Program-made: the position numbers and the translations under genes | Shown here: positions 33,601 through 47,149 of the stretch, piece after piece | Position numbering within the stretch: the stretch's first letter is position 1 | How the letters are laid out: each line of letters begins with the position of its first letter | Notes under the pieces: model-generated | The model's database searches: none | Seen by the model: the letters and a program-made list of their open reading frames with translations, nothing else | What the model was told of the DNA's origin: nothing | DNA from: Chlorokybus atmophyticus | Lineage: Eukaryota > Plantae > Mesostigma and Chlorokybus algae | Assembly (NCBI GenBank): GCA_009103225.1 | Contig: RHPI01000260.1 | Location: forward strand, 382,203-446,202 | Length of the DNA: 64,000 bases | Direction of reading: 5' to 3'

Positions 33601-36600
33601 GCTGAGCGCGAGGACCTCGCAGAAGCACGTGCCGCCATCCAAGCCCAATTTGACGCCCTCCACAAATACGTATTCAATAGTATCGCTGATGTCATCGTCA
33701 TTGTCACAACCATTATCATCATCCTCTGTCTATGTGTGGGTGTATGGACAGGTTAAGAGCAGAGTTTTGGAAGGATTCGGCAGCAGCAGCGGCAGTGTCT
33801 GCGGACTTGTGATATGCTGCGGTGTTCTCCGAGGCGAGGCGAGGCGGGCGAGGGCGATGGACGTGCGGGTGGCTTGCAACGCCCACCGACTCGATGGAGA
33901 CACCCTCGCGCAACTCGGGGACCTTTTCGTGTGCGACGTGTCGGGCACGAGCGCGCGCGAGTGCGTGGAGGACGGGGACGTCCTCGGCGTGGGCCACGGG
34001 AGGGGCGAGCATGCCGTTGATGCCCCCACGGAGTTCCGTGTGGAGGACTTTACCCTGACGCTCGTCTCACGCAAGACCTTTTAGCTCGCTACGCACTACA
34101 AACTCTCCCTTAAAGGCCACGCTGGCACGCACGCGGGCTTCAAGCGCAGCAGCAAGGGGCCCACTGCCAACAAACTCAAAGCCAGTGGGATGTACTTTAG
34201 TAGGGATGATGGTGAAGATACCAATGGCGGATATGATAACTCTTGGACCGATGACGATGAAGATAGCGACAGTGGGGTCCGAGTGGGTGGGCTCTGTGCC
34301 GAACGCGCTTGTGGGGCGTGCGTGCGCCTATGGATGCGTGGTTGCCGCTGTACGTGTGCCCCGCGCACTTTGAGGTGCAAGTCCACTGTTGTTGCTGCTT
34401 TTGTTGTTGTAAGTGGAGTGAAGTTCGAGGCTAGCAAGAGACCTTTGCTTACAACCTTGTTCAAATGGCAGACATTTGGCTAGAGAGCAGCCTTGGGTAC
34501 CTGCTCACGCTCGACCCTCTGGGCTACCAAACTGCACAGGTGATATACAAACACGCGCACCCGCGCATCCTCCTTCCCCATTTAAAAAACAAGCGCGCAC
34601 GCACGCACGCACGCACGCGGAGCGCAATGCCTCTTCAATAAAGACACTGTGCTTGCTAATGCTCTGCGCCTGTGTCATCAACTAACCTTTGGCTGTATTG
34701 CTGCCTGCAACAGCTCTTGGCTCTGTACTCAATCCTTGGCCAGATGCACGCGCACCTTTGCCTGCCGATTAACGCCACGCAAGCGCAATCCCCAATGAGC
34801 GTGCCCTTCTCATCCTAAGGGTGAGTCAATAGCATCAATCAGCACTGTAAACAAACCCGGACACGTGCGCGCACAGAGTTACTCATGACATAGCGCGTGC
34901 AGGAGTACACAAGGCTCTGCACTGCCCTCCTTCCCCGCTCCCGTGGCATGCTCGCGTGCATCCATGATGATCATGAGCAGCAGAAGGCCAAGCAGGAAGA
35001 GCAGCCGCAGTTTGTTGACTTGACTAATGCGTTTGTGGCATCCACAGCGGGACGCACGAGGGCTGCCATGCCCGAGATCGCCACTGCGGCCGGGTGGTAC
35101 GCTGGTACGCTGCCAAAGAGGAGAACGGTGATAGCATGCGTGACAACAGCGAGAAGTTGCTGATGCTGGAAGAGTCCATCCGCCGCAAGCTGTCAAGAGT
35201 GAGCATTGCATATGGTTAAGTGGTTTATACCTACCAGAGCCTCATGAGTGCTTCACTCACATGCCTCTACGTGTGTGTGTGTGCTTGTGCATTTGCATGT
35301 GTCCCTTTTCAACCCACTCTGGCAGCGATTCATGGCGGAGTCAAGGCAAAACATGTGGGGGCACATCCGGTGCGTCTGTACGGCGACGGCGTGACGCCCG
35401 CAGATTCCCCTAAGGGGAAGAAGCCGATATCCATGACAAGGTTGTCCAGAGCAAGGGTTGAACAAGGCCAAGGACAAGACGTTTGCTAACTTGGCTAGGT
35501 TCAAGTTAAGGGCAGAATGAAGTTCAAGATCACACTGTGGCTCTTTCTTACACACCAGTTATTATCAATCAGATCTCTGCGGTTGCTATAGACTGGCCTG
35601 AGCGAGGAGGAAGTCGAATGCCCGGAGGTGGAGTCCCTTGCAACAGGTAGTTGTTGTGTTAATTGCTGTTACAAGCGACGGTATTTACATATGCGGTTGT
35701 TGTGCATTCCGGATCGCGCGACTGTCGTGTCAGGCGAGTTTGATGACAGCAACAGAGTCCCGCTGCAACCCGCGTACACCGTCGCTGCGGTGGACGAGAA
35801 AGTTAAGGAACTGTGGGCGCTTGAGAAGGATGCTCACCTCTCTAGGGCCTTCACCTTCCCAGGTGACCCTTGTACGAAATTCAGGGCCCCTACAACTATT
35901 GACTGAACCAACCGAGTGAGGCTTGTGCCATGAAGCAAGGGCGCGCACACATGCACGCATGCACGCCCTCAATCACGCTCATGTGCAGATCTCGAGGGCA
36001 ACTTGGTACGCAGAAAGGCTATTCTGATGCACAGCGTGTGGTACTTCACTAACGCTATCGTAAATGAAGCGCTGGAGGAGGTCAACAACAGTGCCAGCGC
36101 CAGTAATCCACAGCAGCAGCACAGCCATGAGCTAAGCGGGGTGCTCGACCCTATGGGCACCCTGCAGTTGGCACACGAGGTGCTGCAGGAGGAGAAGAAG
36201 CTGCGCGAGTTGGCCAAGATTAAACAGCTTGAGGCCACATATAGGGCCTCCAACGCTTTCCACACCGGTAAGAGATTGATAGTAGTATTATGTTACAATT
36301 TGCATAATCAGTGACATGACGATGTGTGGTGTTTGTGTGTGTGCCAACTGATATATGGACGTTCGCGGGTCGTCTTGTGGCAATGTGCCCTAACCGTGGA
36401 GGCTTGGTGTTTGACAAGTTGGTGCACCTCCTCCAGCACCTCCCTCATGCAGTAAGCCATCCCCCCCACAAGGCTGACGAGAGACCCTTGTTTGCAACAA
36501 TGCGCAGATGGCAGACAACTGGCTGCAGAGCAGCCTCGGGTATCTGCTCCCGCTCGATACTCTCAGCTACAAAGTTGCACAGATGACCTATACAAGCAAC

Positions 36601-37111
36601 TGCACACATGCCCCCCNNNNNNNNNNNNNNNNNNNNNNNNNNNNNNNNNNNNNNNNNNNNNNNNNNNNNNNNNNNNNNNNNNNNNNNNNNNNNNNNNNNN
36701 NNNNNNNNNNNNNNNNNNNNNNNNNNNNNNNNNNNNNNNNNNNNNNNNNNNNNNNNNNNNNNNNNNNNNNNNNNNNNNNNNNNNNNNNNNNNNNNNNNNN
36801 NNNNNNNNNNNNNNNNNNNNNNNNNNNNNNNNNNNNNNNNNNNNNNNNNNNNNNNNNTGGTTGGTAGCTTAGTCGAGCAGAACGACTTTACCCCCCCCGT
36901 TCTTGTGCCTTAGGTGCCGCTTCACTCCGACAAGATTCAACTCATCACTCTCGGCCGCAGTGTAAGTAGTGACTGCGATGAGGAACTGAGCGTGTTGTCG
37001 GAGGGCAATGCTTGGCGCATGCCAAAGAGCGTTGAGAAGGGGTTCAGGCAGGCTATTGGGGCCGACGCGATGGGCAAGATCATGCTGCTTAGAGAAGGTC
37101 GGGTGATGTGA
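30675..37111 (+). CDS. Multi-exon host gene encoding a von Willebrand factor A (VWA) domain protein; exon structure partial, two gaps inside
   Basis: MIDAS motif HIYVVDKSGSM (about 32347-32380), GMTNF, FMTDG and HIGFS in the following exon (32665-33200). Further GT-AG-bounded exons at about 33530-33660, 33810-34010, 34900-35150, 35700-35880, 35990-36270 and 36914-37111 (TGA). The start is tentative. Confidence 0.7.
31489..31675. other. Assembly gap flanked by poly-C
   Basis: N run; C tracts on both sides. Confidence 0.99.
36617..36857. other. Assembly gap preceded by poly-C
   Basis: N run. Confidence 0.99.
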
Positions 37112-37358
37112 GGTGGTAAAGTATCGTGGTTGATGTAAAAATGCACCATCTCTGTGTAAACTTCCATTTTCTTGCAGGGAGGGAGGCTAGGCACATGTAC
37201 CGGGGGTATCTGGGGGACATACCTAATAGGTGAGTTCTTGTTGGCAATTGGTCGCAACATGCGTGCTGCTGCAGCACAATTGTTTTGTTGTTGTCGTGCT
37301 GTTGATAGAGGCATCACACACACGCGCACGCACGCACGCATTTTGAGTGCACATATGG

Positions 37359-37884
37359 TGTAACGGGAGCAATAATTATAGGGGTATTATTGCTACCTAA
37401 ATAACACATTTTGTATGAATAAGTATTTAAATATGCTTATTTATACCTCTTTTCTACGGTTCCTCGCTTATTAAAGGCTATGATGCTTTATCATAGCTTA
37501 AATAAGTCCCAATGGGTGTAGAATCGCTTATTCAAGCCTATTTAGTGTCACATTTGATATAATGTGATCACTATCTCGTTAAGTACCTTACGATAGGTAT
37601 CTTTGGATAGGTACCTTATCGATGGGTACCTTATCTGAGCTGTGATTGGCTCACGCTAGATTTCCTAACTACTCTATCTGTAGGGTCGATGTCTAGTTGT
37701 GAGTTAATTATCGAGAGGTATATAGTTGATATACTCTTGATATAAAAGGTCACATCAATCTGATGTGGGGACTTTCAGTTCTCTGCTCAGTGGCGGCCAC
37801 GCCGTTGAAAGGCTTGTCATAGGCGGTGTGGGTGTTGGGGTAGAGGATTGAAGGGGCATCACCGGCGACGGTGGTGCTGTTACA
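37359..37884 (+). repeat. 5' LTR of chromovirus B
   Basis: Hand count gives about 12 substitutions and no indels versus 47150-47675. Confidence 0.95.
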
Positions 37885-38118
37885 TTGGTATCCAGGAGCT
37901 ATGGGGTGACGTGGGTACTTATAGGGGGCGGCGACATGCTTTCGGCCAATCAGAAGGCGTCGGCGGCGGCCTCCTATTCGTCCAGGCAGCCCAAGCTTCA
38001 AGTTCGCTTCCCTGCGCTACCTCCACGTTGAAGCCACCTATCAAAGAGGCAGCCTCTCCACGTGTCCCTTACCATCACACACGTCGGTGACTTGCCTGCT
38101 TGCCAGGTGCTTGCCAGG

Positions 38119-41100
38119 TAGGCCTGGTCGCTTCCGTAGACGGAAGTACCTTCCGGAAGGTGCGACTTCCGAGAAATTCCGGAAGCAGGGCTAAAGGGCT
38201 GCTTTCGTCATCAAACCTTCCGGCACCTTCCGTTCGTTCTGTGGAAGTCCGGTTCGTCAGCGACGGAACCTTCCGTCCGCTAAATCAATCAACTCGTGTT
38301 TAGGGTTGTCGCAGCAAGACTCTGCCTTGGCGCCAGAAACGACCAGGGAGGCCACGGCGTGGACGCTGGCGGCGGCGGCGGTGATGGCGGGGGAGCCGCC
38401 GTCAGCAGGCGAAGGAGCATCATGCTCTGTCAATAGTGCTGCTGTTCGTACACTAGATGGGGCAAGGGCTGTGACTAGCACCATGCGCATAGAGCGCAAG
38501 CTTAAACAGGCTACTAGTCAGCGTGCCTGGACGCTTGATAAGATGAGGCAAGAGTATAGCAGGCTAGAAACCATGCGCAATGCATCTGTGCAGTCCAACC
38601 ATGTGACCTTCTGGTCGTTTCTTAAGCCTGTGCTAGTGTGTGCCACAGAGGTTGTAGATGATGATGTCAAAGGGATTGGCCTGTTGTGTGTGTGCGGCGA
38701 TGTGCACTTCAACGTTTCCAACCCTTCAAAGGTGGCGCTAGATCACTTGAAAGCTCCTGGTGTCTGCAGCGGCATTACTGAACAAGAGAGAGACGCTTTG
38801 GTAAGAGGCATGCACAGCAGGTACTCTGCATTGTCATTGTGGGGATGTGTGCACATGTGTCGTGTTATGCTGCTGCTGTCGCTTGTCATGCTGTGCATTA
38901 TCATCTGCCAAGCGCATGCAACAAAAACATTGCATCTCATGATGTGTGCAATGTGTGCGCGAAGTCTTGTGCATGAAGGGCGTTTAATGCACAGCATGTT
39001 GCAGTTGAAGAAGAAGTCAAGGACTAATGGGCAAACGCTGTTCCTTGGAGGTGGAGAAGCAGATCGGGTGGCATGGGAGCAGCATCAGTCAGACGCAATC
39101 TGCTACAGGTGGTATTAGTGCAGATGGCAAGCGCAAGGCAGAGCAAATGACCATGAAGAGCTACACACCAAGCGCGGTAGCAATTGCAAAGGCCACGAAG
39201 TGCTTTTGCAGGTGGATATATCGCAATTGTGGTTCAATCCCTATATCTGCAGTGCAACACACAGACTTTAGAGAAGGACTCAAAGCGTTAGGGCATCCGG
39301 GTTTACGTCGCCATACTGTAGCTGGCCCATTGTTGAATAGCATGCATGATGAGGTGCAGGCAGAGATCAAGGTCTCTCTTAACAACCTGCAGGTAGCGCT
39401 CAACGTATTGATATGCTGTATACATGTAAGTTATAATGGCTGACTGCTTTGGCTGCAGTGCATGCAGATTGCTCTTGATGGGTTGAAGAAAAAAAATGTC
39501 AACGAGGGAAAGAAGATTATCAACTACCTAGTGAACTTACCAGATGGAGGGGCCATGTTCTTCAAGTCAATGCCAACTGATGGCATCACTAGTGTCAACG
39601 GCCCTTATCTGCTGAACGAGTGCAAGCAGGTGTGTACACTAGTATCATTCATGCTGTTACATGCATGATTGCTGCAAGTAGTCTTCTTGATTGTTGATTG
39701 CTACAGATCTTTGAGATGATAACTGGAGGCAATGACAAGTCTGCATTTTCAAGCATTGCTGGTGTCATAGCTGATGGGGAAAACTTGAACAAGCTAGTGC
39801 TTCGTGAGTTGGAGCAGAGCTTTCATTGAATGGTTTGCTGCACATGTCAAGAGCATGCTCTGTCACTCTTACTTAAAGATTTTCCCAAGCATAGCGGCAT
39901 GGTGAAGGAGGTTGTGAGGAAGGCTCGTGTGGTGGCAGGGTTCTTTCGTGACAACTCCAAAGCCCGAACCATACTGCAGGTGTGAAGGGTTAGGGGTTGT
40001 GTATGTAGAATTTCCGTTGGGCTAATGCATGAGCACATGCAGATGAAGCAAAAGGAGCAATATGGCAAGACCAAAGCACTGGATGCCCCCGGATATCAGA
40101 TTTGGCTACATGGTTGAGCTGCTACAAGACTTGGTTGACTCGGCCGCAGCATTGCGACACACCGTTGTGGAGCCAGAGTTTGAGGTGGAGTACTCGTTGA
40201 CAACTGGTGCAGCCAGTCGCACCATTGTCTTGGACTCTGAGTTCTGGTCAACTGCGTCTTCCACGCTGCATCTATTGAAGCCTGTTCGCAGCCTTATAGC
40301 ACAGGTGGAAGGTGATCGGCCATTGCTCTCAACGGTGTGGAGCATGTGGCAAAGTATCATCAGCCACATCAAAGAGGTACATGCAATGTTGCAGTTTGCA
40401 TACTTGCACCGCACATGTCTCCACCTTGCATGGTATATCATGTTCACTTGTACATATGCAGTGGTGCACGGATAATGGCGTTGCATACTCCGCGATGGAA
40501 GCACTTGTTGAAGCGCTGGTCCAAGTCAGAGCATCCAGCAATTTACCTCGCGTTCCTCATTGATCCACAAACGCATGAGCGTAAAAATGGCAAGTTTGTC
40601 CCACCTTTCGCTGCATTGACCGCCAAGCAGCGCCAAGCAGCGCGTGATGTGCTGTTTAGGCTGGTCGGCGTTGCGGACAACACTGCTGCTGGTAATGCAC
40701 TGCAGCTGCAATGGATGACTTTCCTAACCACAGGACTTGATGTGGCCAGCGTTTTTGCCCTGCACTCAGTTAGTGAACAGTCCAGTGCATTTCAGACAGG
40801 CAAGGTGGCAGCCGTTGAGTTGAGGAGGATGGCTTGGTCACTAGACACGCTATACCCTGCCATGCAACAGGCAGCAGTGCGCCTCATGAGCTTGCATGGG
40901 ACTGCATGCAGCCCAGAGCGTGCCAACTCATCTTCGAGGTGGTTGTTTTGTGAGAACAGGTCAAGCTTGGCGTTTCATCGTGCAGAAAAGATGATCACAA
41001 TCCAGAGCTTTTATGCCATCAAACAGCGTGAAGGCCTTGTGGACTACGCGGCTCAGGACTCGGACTTGTTGTGCATGCCGCTACCCGAGGGTCGCGATGT

Positions 41101-41501
41101 GCTTGACTCTATGTATGATTCTGAAGTTGTTGACTTGATTAAGTAGTGTCATAGCAGCAGGTCTATGAGCTGTTATAGCAACATTCCTAGTGCATGTGCA
41201 ACTTGCGCAAAGTGACCATGCATTGTGCGATGGCATGTGTTTGTTGTGTGCAATATTCACTACATAAGTCACGTAAGCACTCTGCACCGCATGCAACACA
41301 CAAGTTCACACGCAGCTTGATGCAAGAAGCATAGTGATGTACTATATGCGTGACCTTGCGTGACTTTAGCCCATGGAAGTCCCTACATCAGGGCTTCCTG
41401 GAAGCCCAATTATTAAATAATTATCATAGATGCTGTGCTTCCGTCAATTTTCGGAAGGTTTCGGAAGCTCATGGCCAGAGTCACGGAAACGACCAGGCCT
41501 A
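38119..41501 (+). mobile_element. hAT DNA transposon nested in the 5' leader of chromovirus B
   Basis: 19-bp TIR TAGGCCTGGTCGCTTCCGT (38119-38137) / ACGGAAACGACCAGGCCTA (41483-41501), 18/19 match. 8-bp TSD TTGCCAGG / TTGCCAAG. Subterminal TTCCG/CGGAA repeats. Confidence 0.93.
38384..41146 (+). pseudogene. Intron-containing hAT transposase with at least one premature stop
   Basis: BED-like finger (FWSFL...CVCG...DHLK). DUF659-like IALDG...INY, CQEHALSLLLKD (CxxH), PPDIRF, and dimerization domain LYPAMQQAAVRLMSLHGTACSPER. In-frame TGA at 39827-39829. Confidence 0.88.
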
Positions 41502-42099
41502 TTGCCAAGTGCACGTGTGTACTTTCATGCACATCACACAGTGACTTGCCAGTGCACTATCGTTGCTTGCAGTGATTGCCTGTCATTGCATGCGGTGATT
41601 GCGGCTCATTGTGCTTGCCAGTGCATGTCACAGTTAGTCACCGTAAGGCTTGCCTGTTGCATGCCTGTGGCTTGCCTGTTGCATGCCTGTGACATACCTG
41701 TGACTTGCCAGTGGCTTCGCCGGGTCGTTTGACCCGGGTCCGTAAGTTCCAAACCAAACTGTTCCAAAACCCTCCCCCTCTGGCTTCGGCCTGGAGATCG
41801 GGACTTGGTTAGGACAGTTGTGGGGAGGTTCTAGGACAATCTGTTCCCAAACCCTGTTAGTCTGAAACCCTCCCCCTCTGGCTTCGGCCTGGAGATTGGG
41901 ACTTCGTTGAGGACAACACAGGGTTAGGACATTCTGGTCCCACTCAGACTTGTTCTGTTTGGTGACACTCCAGATCCAACCTTTCCTACTTTGAGACTGG
42001 TTCGGACTCTGTTTGGGACTTTTACAACTTGGGGTCATTTCGATCCTCTCGTTGAACCTGGCCCATTGGTGAGGTTCTCACCATCCCATTCTGCCTGTT

Positions 42100-45000
42100 T
42101 TGCAGACAAATGGAAGAAAACTCGGTGCCCACCTCAAAGGAGAGAGCTCGGAAAAAGAGCAACCTTCCCGTGAGGAGGAATTTCCATCCATGGAAGATAT
42201 TCCGAATCCAGATGATGCACCTGATGAGTCTCAGGCTGCCAAAGCTGCGGAAGCTTCAGTGGATGATAGATCACCTTCTATATTCCCTGAGTTTTCTATT
42301 CGCATGACACAGCAGAACTTGATGGAGCATTACCTTAACACCTATGATCAGGACCCTCGTGAGGCAATTGTCTCATTCGTGAACTTTCTCTTCCTTTTGG
42401 CAGAAAAAGTTTCAAAGCTCACCACCTTTATGGGGCGAGATTGGGAGGGGCAGATGGGTGAAGGCAAACGAGTTCTGAACATGATCGAGCGTCTTCAACG
42501 TGCTGACGGTGGTCCACCTGTTCAAGCTCTTGCTCGTCCTGCCGAGTTTGTTCCCAACAAGCAAGCGGCCATCTTCGACTGGCTTGTGAAGTTGCGACAC
42601 TATGTCAACTCCCTTCACACTTCTGAGGAGGGAAAATTGCGTGTAGCTGCGTTGCTGATCCCAAACGATGCTCTGGCAGAGTGGTACCGCCGCAAGCAAC
42701 GGGATACAAACCACGGGCGGGAAGTAAATTAGTTGTGCTCTTTCATGGAGCAGCGCTATGGTGGCGCAGATCCTGCCCAGGTTGCTCGCAACCAGCTGCA
42801 CAACCTGCGTCAGAACGGGCGTCCGGTTCAGCAGTATATCCAGGATTTTCAATCGTTTGTCAGCAAGATCAATGCTGGCAAACTACCTATTAGTGATGCT
42901 GATCAGCTGGATATGTTCAGGCGTGGCTTCGACACAGATCTCGTGCAGCATGTGGCCGTCAACCCCGCAAGTTTGCAAGAGTGGGCCTCGACGGATTTAC
43001 CAATGCTGATGCAGATGGTTGCTGCTGTGGACAGTGTAAAGCGCTCTCACGCAAACATGCAAACCACGGCAAAAGAGGCAACCCAGGTTTCAGCTGCAAA
43101 GCGCCCGGCCACTGACAACAACCTTTTGTGAAAAAGGCGAAAACATCTCATCCTGCTAGCCCCTACAACGCGGCCAAATCCATCATCACTTGCAGTTTCT
43201 GCAAGAAGACAGGTCATGGGGAGGCTAAGTGCTATGCAAAACAGAATGCACAGAAGGCCAAGCAGCAGAGAGACAAGAAATAGGAATTGTCCGTGGTTGG
43301 TAGCTTAGTCGAGCAGAACGACTTTAGAAACTCTATACTTCTTGATAAAGTTTCCTCTCTTTGTGATGTATCAGATGTATGGACTGATATGAGCACACCA
43401 CCTGTGTTGACAAATGCAAACGGTTGTGTTTTAATCAATGTTCCATTCTCTGAATTAGTAACTGCTGTTAAGCACTTACACGAGTTGCAATTACAACATG
43501 CTATTACTGCATGTGTAGTTATTCCTCGATATCATGGCCCGTGGTCGCGATTGTTGAAAGGGGGAGAAGTAATCATGCAACTCTCACGCAAAGATACAGG
43601 AGCTTCACCGTTGCAAGTGATCTTTATCGAGTCTGCTACCAATCACGGCACTCCGACATTAGCTACATTTGATGGTCACTCAGTGCCACTCAAATGGAGA
43701 TTTGAGAGTCAACTTATGGGTACACCATGTACAGCATTGATTCATACTGGTGCAAACCATAACTTTGTTAAACATGCTTGGGTGAAACGTAATAACATTC
43801 CTTTCACAACAGTCACGTCATATGTACGTGCTGCTGGTTCCACTCTCAATACAATGGGAGAGGTAAAAGGGCGTTTTGTTAATAATGGCCATAAAACCCG
43901 ACCAGCCTTCATCGTGGTGGATATTGGTATCCCGGGGGTGGATGTTGTTTTTGGGGGAACAATGGCACACTGAAGCAGGTCTACAATTAGACTCTCGAGC
44001 CAATACGTGCACCCTTCGTAAAGGGAAACGTAGGATGACTTTAACAGCATCTGTACTCGCACGTATACCTCGCGATAATGTTCCGCTCCTCTCTGCTATG
44101 CAATTGAAACGTTGCATGCGTAAACGTGAGGAAGTATACTTACTGCACTTACGACAGGTGGAAAACAGGCTATCAGTGACCCTGTGGTGCAGTCATTTAC
44201 GGAACAATACGCAGATGTATTTCAGGATGAACTCGCAGAGTTGCCTCCCGATCGAAACATACATCATACCATTCCGTTAGAGGAGGGGGCAAAGCCACCT
44301 TGGCGGCCTATATACAGGCTAAGTCCCTTAGAACACGCGGAGATGGGAAAACAGCTCAAGGAGTTATTGGACAAAGGTTTAATAACAAAGAGCATATCTT
44401 CTTTTGGTGCACCAATTTTGTTTGTGCCCAAAAAGAATGGCAAGCTACGCATGTGTATTGATTACCGTGCGTTGAACAAGGTAACTGTGAAAAATAGATA
44501 CTCTTTGCCTCGGATTGATGATTTGTTTGATAAGCTGTCAGGTGCAACAGTATTCAGCACGCTGGATTTGACCAGTGGTTATTATCAAATCAAAATCCAC
44601 CCGTCGGATATACAAAAAACTGCATTTCGCACCCCACTAGGACACTTTGAGTATAAAGTGTTACCATTTGGGTTAACAAATGCACCGGCTACATTTCAGA
44701 CAGCAATGAACGCGGTATTTGCTGATGAATTGTACAAGTTTGTACTGGTATATCTAGACGACATTATTGTGTTCAGCAAAACCCGGGAGGACCACCACAG
44801 GCATGTGGAATTGGTTCTAGCTAAGTTACGCGAACACAAATTCTATGCCAACCTGTCCAGATGCAACTTTGCAAAGGATGAACTACCCTTTTTAGGGCAT
44901 GTGATTGGTAAAGAAGGATTGAAACCAGATCCTCAAAAGGTGTGTGCGGTAAAGGATTGGCCACCACCCAAGGATGTACATCAGTTACGTGCTTTCTTGA

Positions 45001-47000
45001 GGCTAGCCAATTATTTCCGCAAGTTCATGCGAGCATATTCTGGCATGGCAAATCCTTTAACATTTTCACTAAGAAAAGATGTTAAATTTGTATGGACGGA
45101 GGCACACGAGGTTGCTTTTACACGCATTAAAGATGCATTAACACAAGCCCCTGTGTTAGCCTTCCCCGACCACACCAAGCCTTTTGTGGTGATCAGTGAT
45201 GCTTCCACCATTCGGACCATGTGGGGCAGTCCTTCTACAGGACGACAGACCATGTGCATATGAAAGCAGAAAGTTCATTCCTGCTGAACGTAATTACACA
45301 ACCACTGAGCAGGAATTGCTCGGGGTGGTGCACGCGCTGCGCACTTGGCGTTGCTACTTGGAAGGGGTGGAGTTTTCAGTGATTACTGATCACAACCCGC
45401 TCACATTCTTTCATACGCAACAAAATCTGTCGAGGCGGCAGCTAGGTGGAATGGATTCCATTCTCGATTCACTTTCACTTGGCAATACCGTCCGGGTCGC
45501 ACCAATGTGGCGGATCCACTAAGTCGCAGCCCTGCTCTTTTGGCACTTACGCGCTCACGAAGTACGCGTAATGTACAACAGCCTGAAGATCCTTTTTGAA
45601 AGGAAGTGTCCACATGTTATAACTCAGATGGTTGGTTTAGCAGTCAAACCAACTTGCAACAGCTTACTGCTGTTAGCAATCTGTGGTATAAAGGGGAGCA
45701 GTTGGCAATTCCCAACTCGGGCGACTTGCGTAAGCAATGCTTACATTCAGTGCATGACCCGCCGTATGCTGGGCATTTGGGGAAACACAAAACACTCAAA
45801 TCTGCGCAACAGTTATACTGGTGGCCGTCAATGTCAGCTGACGTGGATCAATATGTTCGCACATGTGACGTGTGTCAATGTAATAAGCCACTACGACAAA
45901 AACAAGCGGGATTGCTTAAACCATTGCCAATTTCAGAACAAAATGGGACAGTGTCAGTATGGATTTGATTACTGACCTACCTGAAACAGCAGCTAAATAC
46001 ACTGCTATTGTGGTTTTTGTTGACCGTTTGACTAAAATGGTGCTTTTGCCCCGTGTTGCACAACTGTAAGTGCACGGGACTTGGCACACTTATTTGTGTC
46101 CACGGTCTTTCGCGTTCACGGTGTACCGCGTGAACTTGTCACATATCGTGATCCTCGGTTGTCTCCAAGTTTTGGCGAGAAGTCTGTGAATTGTTGGGGT
46201 TAAAACAAAGCATGTCGACTGCTTTCCACCCGCAAACGGACGGTCAAACTGAGGGAGCAAATCAAATACTGGAAGAAATGCTTCGCCACTATGTGGCTCC
46301 TAATCATGCTGATTGGGACAGGTACTTGCCAATGGCAGAGTTCGCTGTGAACAACGCGTGGCAGGAAAGTGTAAAGGAAACCCCATTTTTCTTGAATTAT
46401 GGGATTCGCCCGAACACACCAGCGTCATTGCGTGTACCTCGCAATGCCCTGACTGTACCAGCGGCAAAGGAATTTGCCACTGATATGCAAGAAAATTTGG
46501 CTCGAGCCAAGCTGTGTCTGTCAGAAGCACAGGACAGGCAAAAAGCTTATGCTGATACACATCGAAAAATGGCCACTTTCGATGTCGGCGATAAAGTTTT
46601 GCTTAACGCAAAGAACATAACCATCAAAGGTACGGGTGCTCGCAAGTTGCTGCCCCGATGGTTAGGTCCTTTCTCTATCACTGATAGAGTTGGTACGCAC
46701 GCTTATCGACTGCAATTGCCCCCAAGTGTGCGTATACACAACGTGTTCCATGTAAACTTGTTGAAACCTTACCGCTCAGACGGTAGAACACAGCCTCCAC
46801 CACCGCCAGTTGAGGTGGACAGCGAGCTCGAATACGAGGTGGAAGCTATATTGAACCATAAGCTGAATAGTCGAGGACGCGCAACTCGCTATTTGGTGAA
46901 ATGAAAAGGGTATGGCCCGGAACATAACAGTTGGGAGCCCGACAGGCATCTTACGCACTGCCGCGAGTTGCTTCGAGCTTATTGGAATGTCCTGTCCCAT
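42100..47000 (+). pseudogene. gag-pol of chromovirus B (Gag, CCHC, Dam-like domain, PR, RT, RH, INT, chromodomain), multiply frameshifted
   Basis: Gag LHNLRQNGRPVQQYIQDF. Knuckle CSFCKKTGHGEAKC (43191-43232). PR LIHTGAN (Asp replaced by His). RT YLDD. INT HDPPYAGH...CDVC. Chromodomain EYEVEAILNH...YLVK*KGYG..HNSWEP. Confidence 0.93.
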
Positions 47001-47149
47001 AAACTGTGGGCTTGGTTTAATGACAGACTGGCAGTGCAGTTTCATTACCACCCTGTCATTTCCTGCTATCTCACTGGTAACAATTACTCGAAATCAAGCC
47101 TGATCAACTTGAGTTCAATGAGGACGTTGAAAACCCAAGTGGGGGGGAA

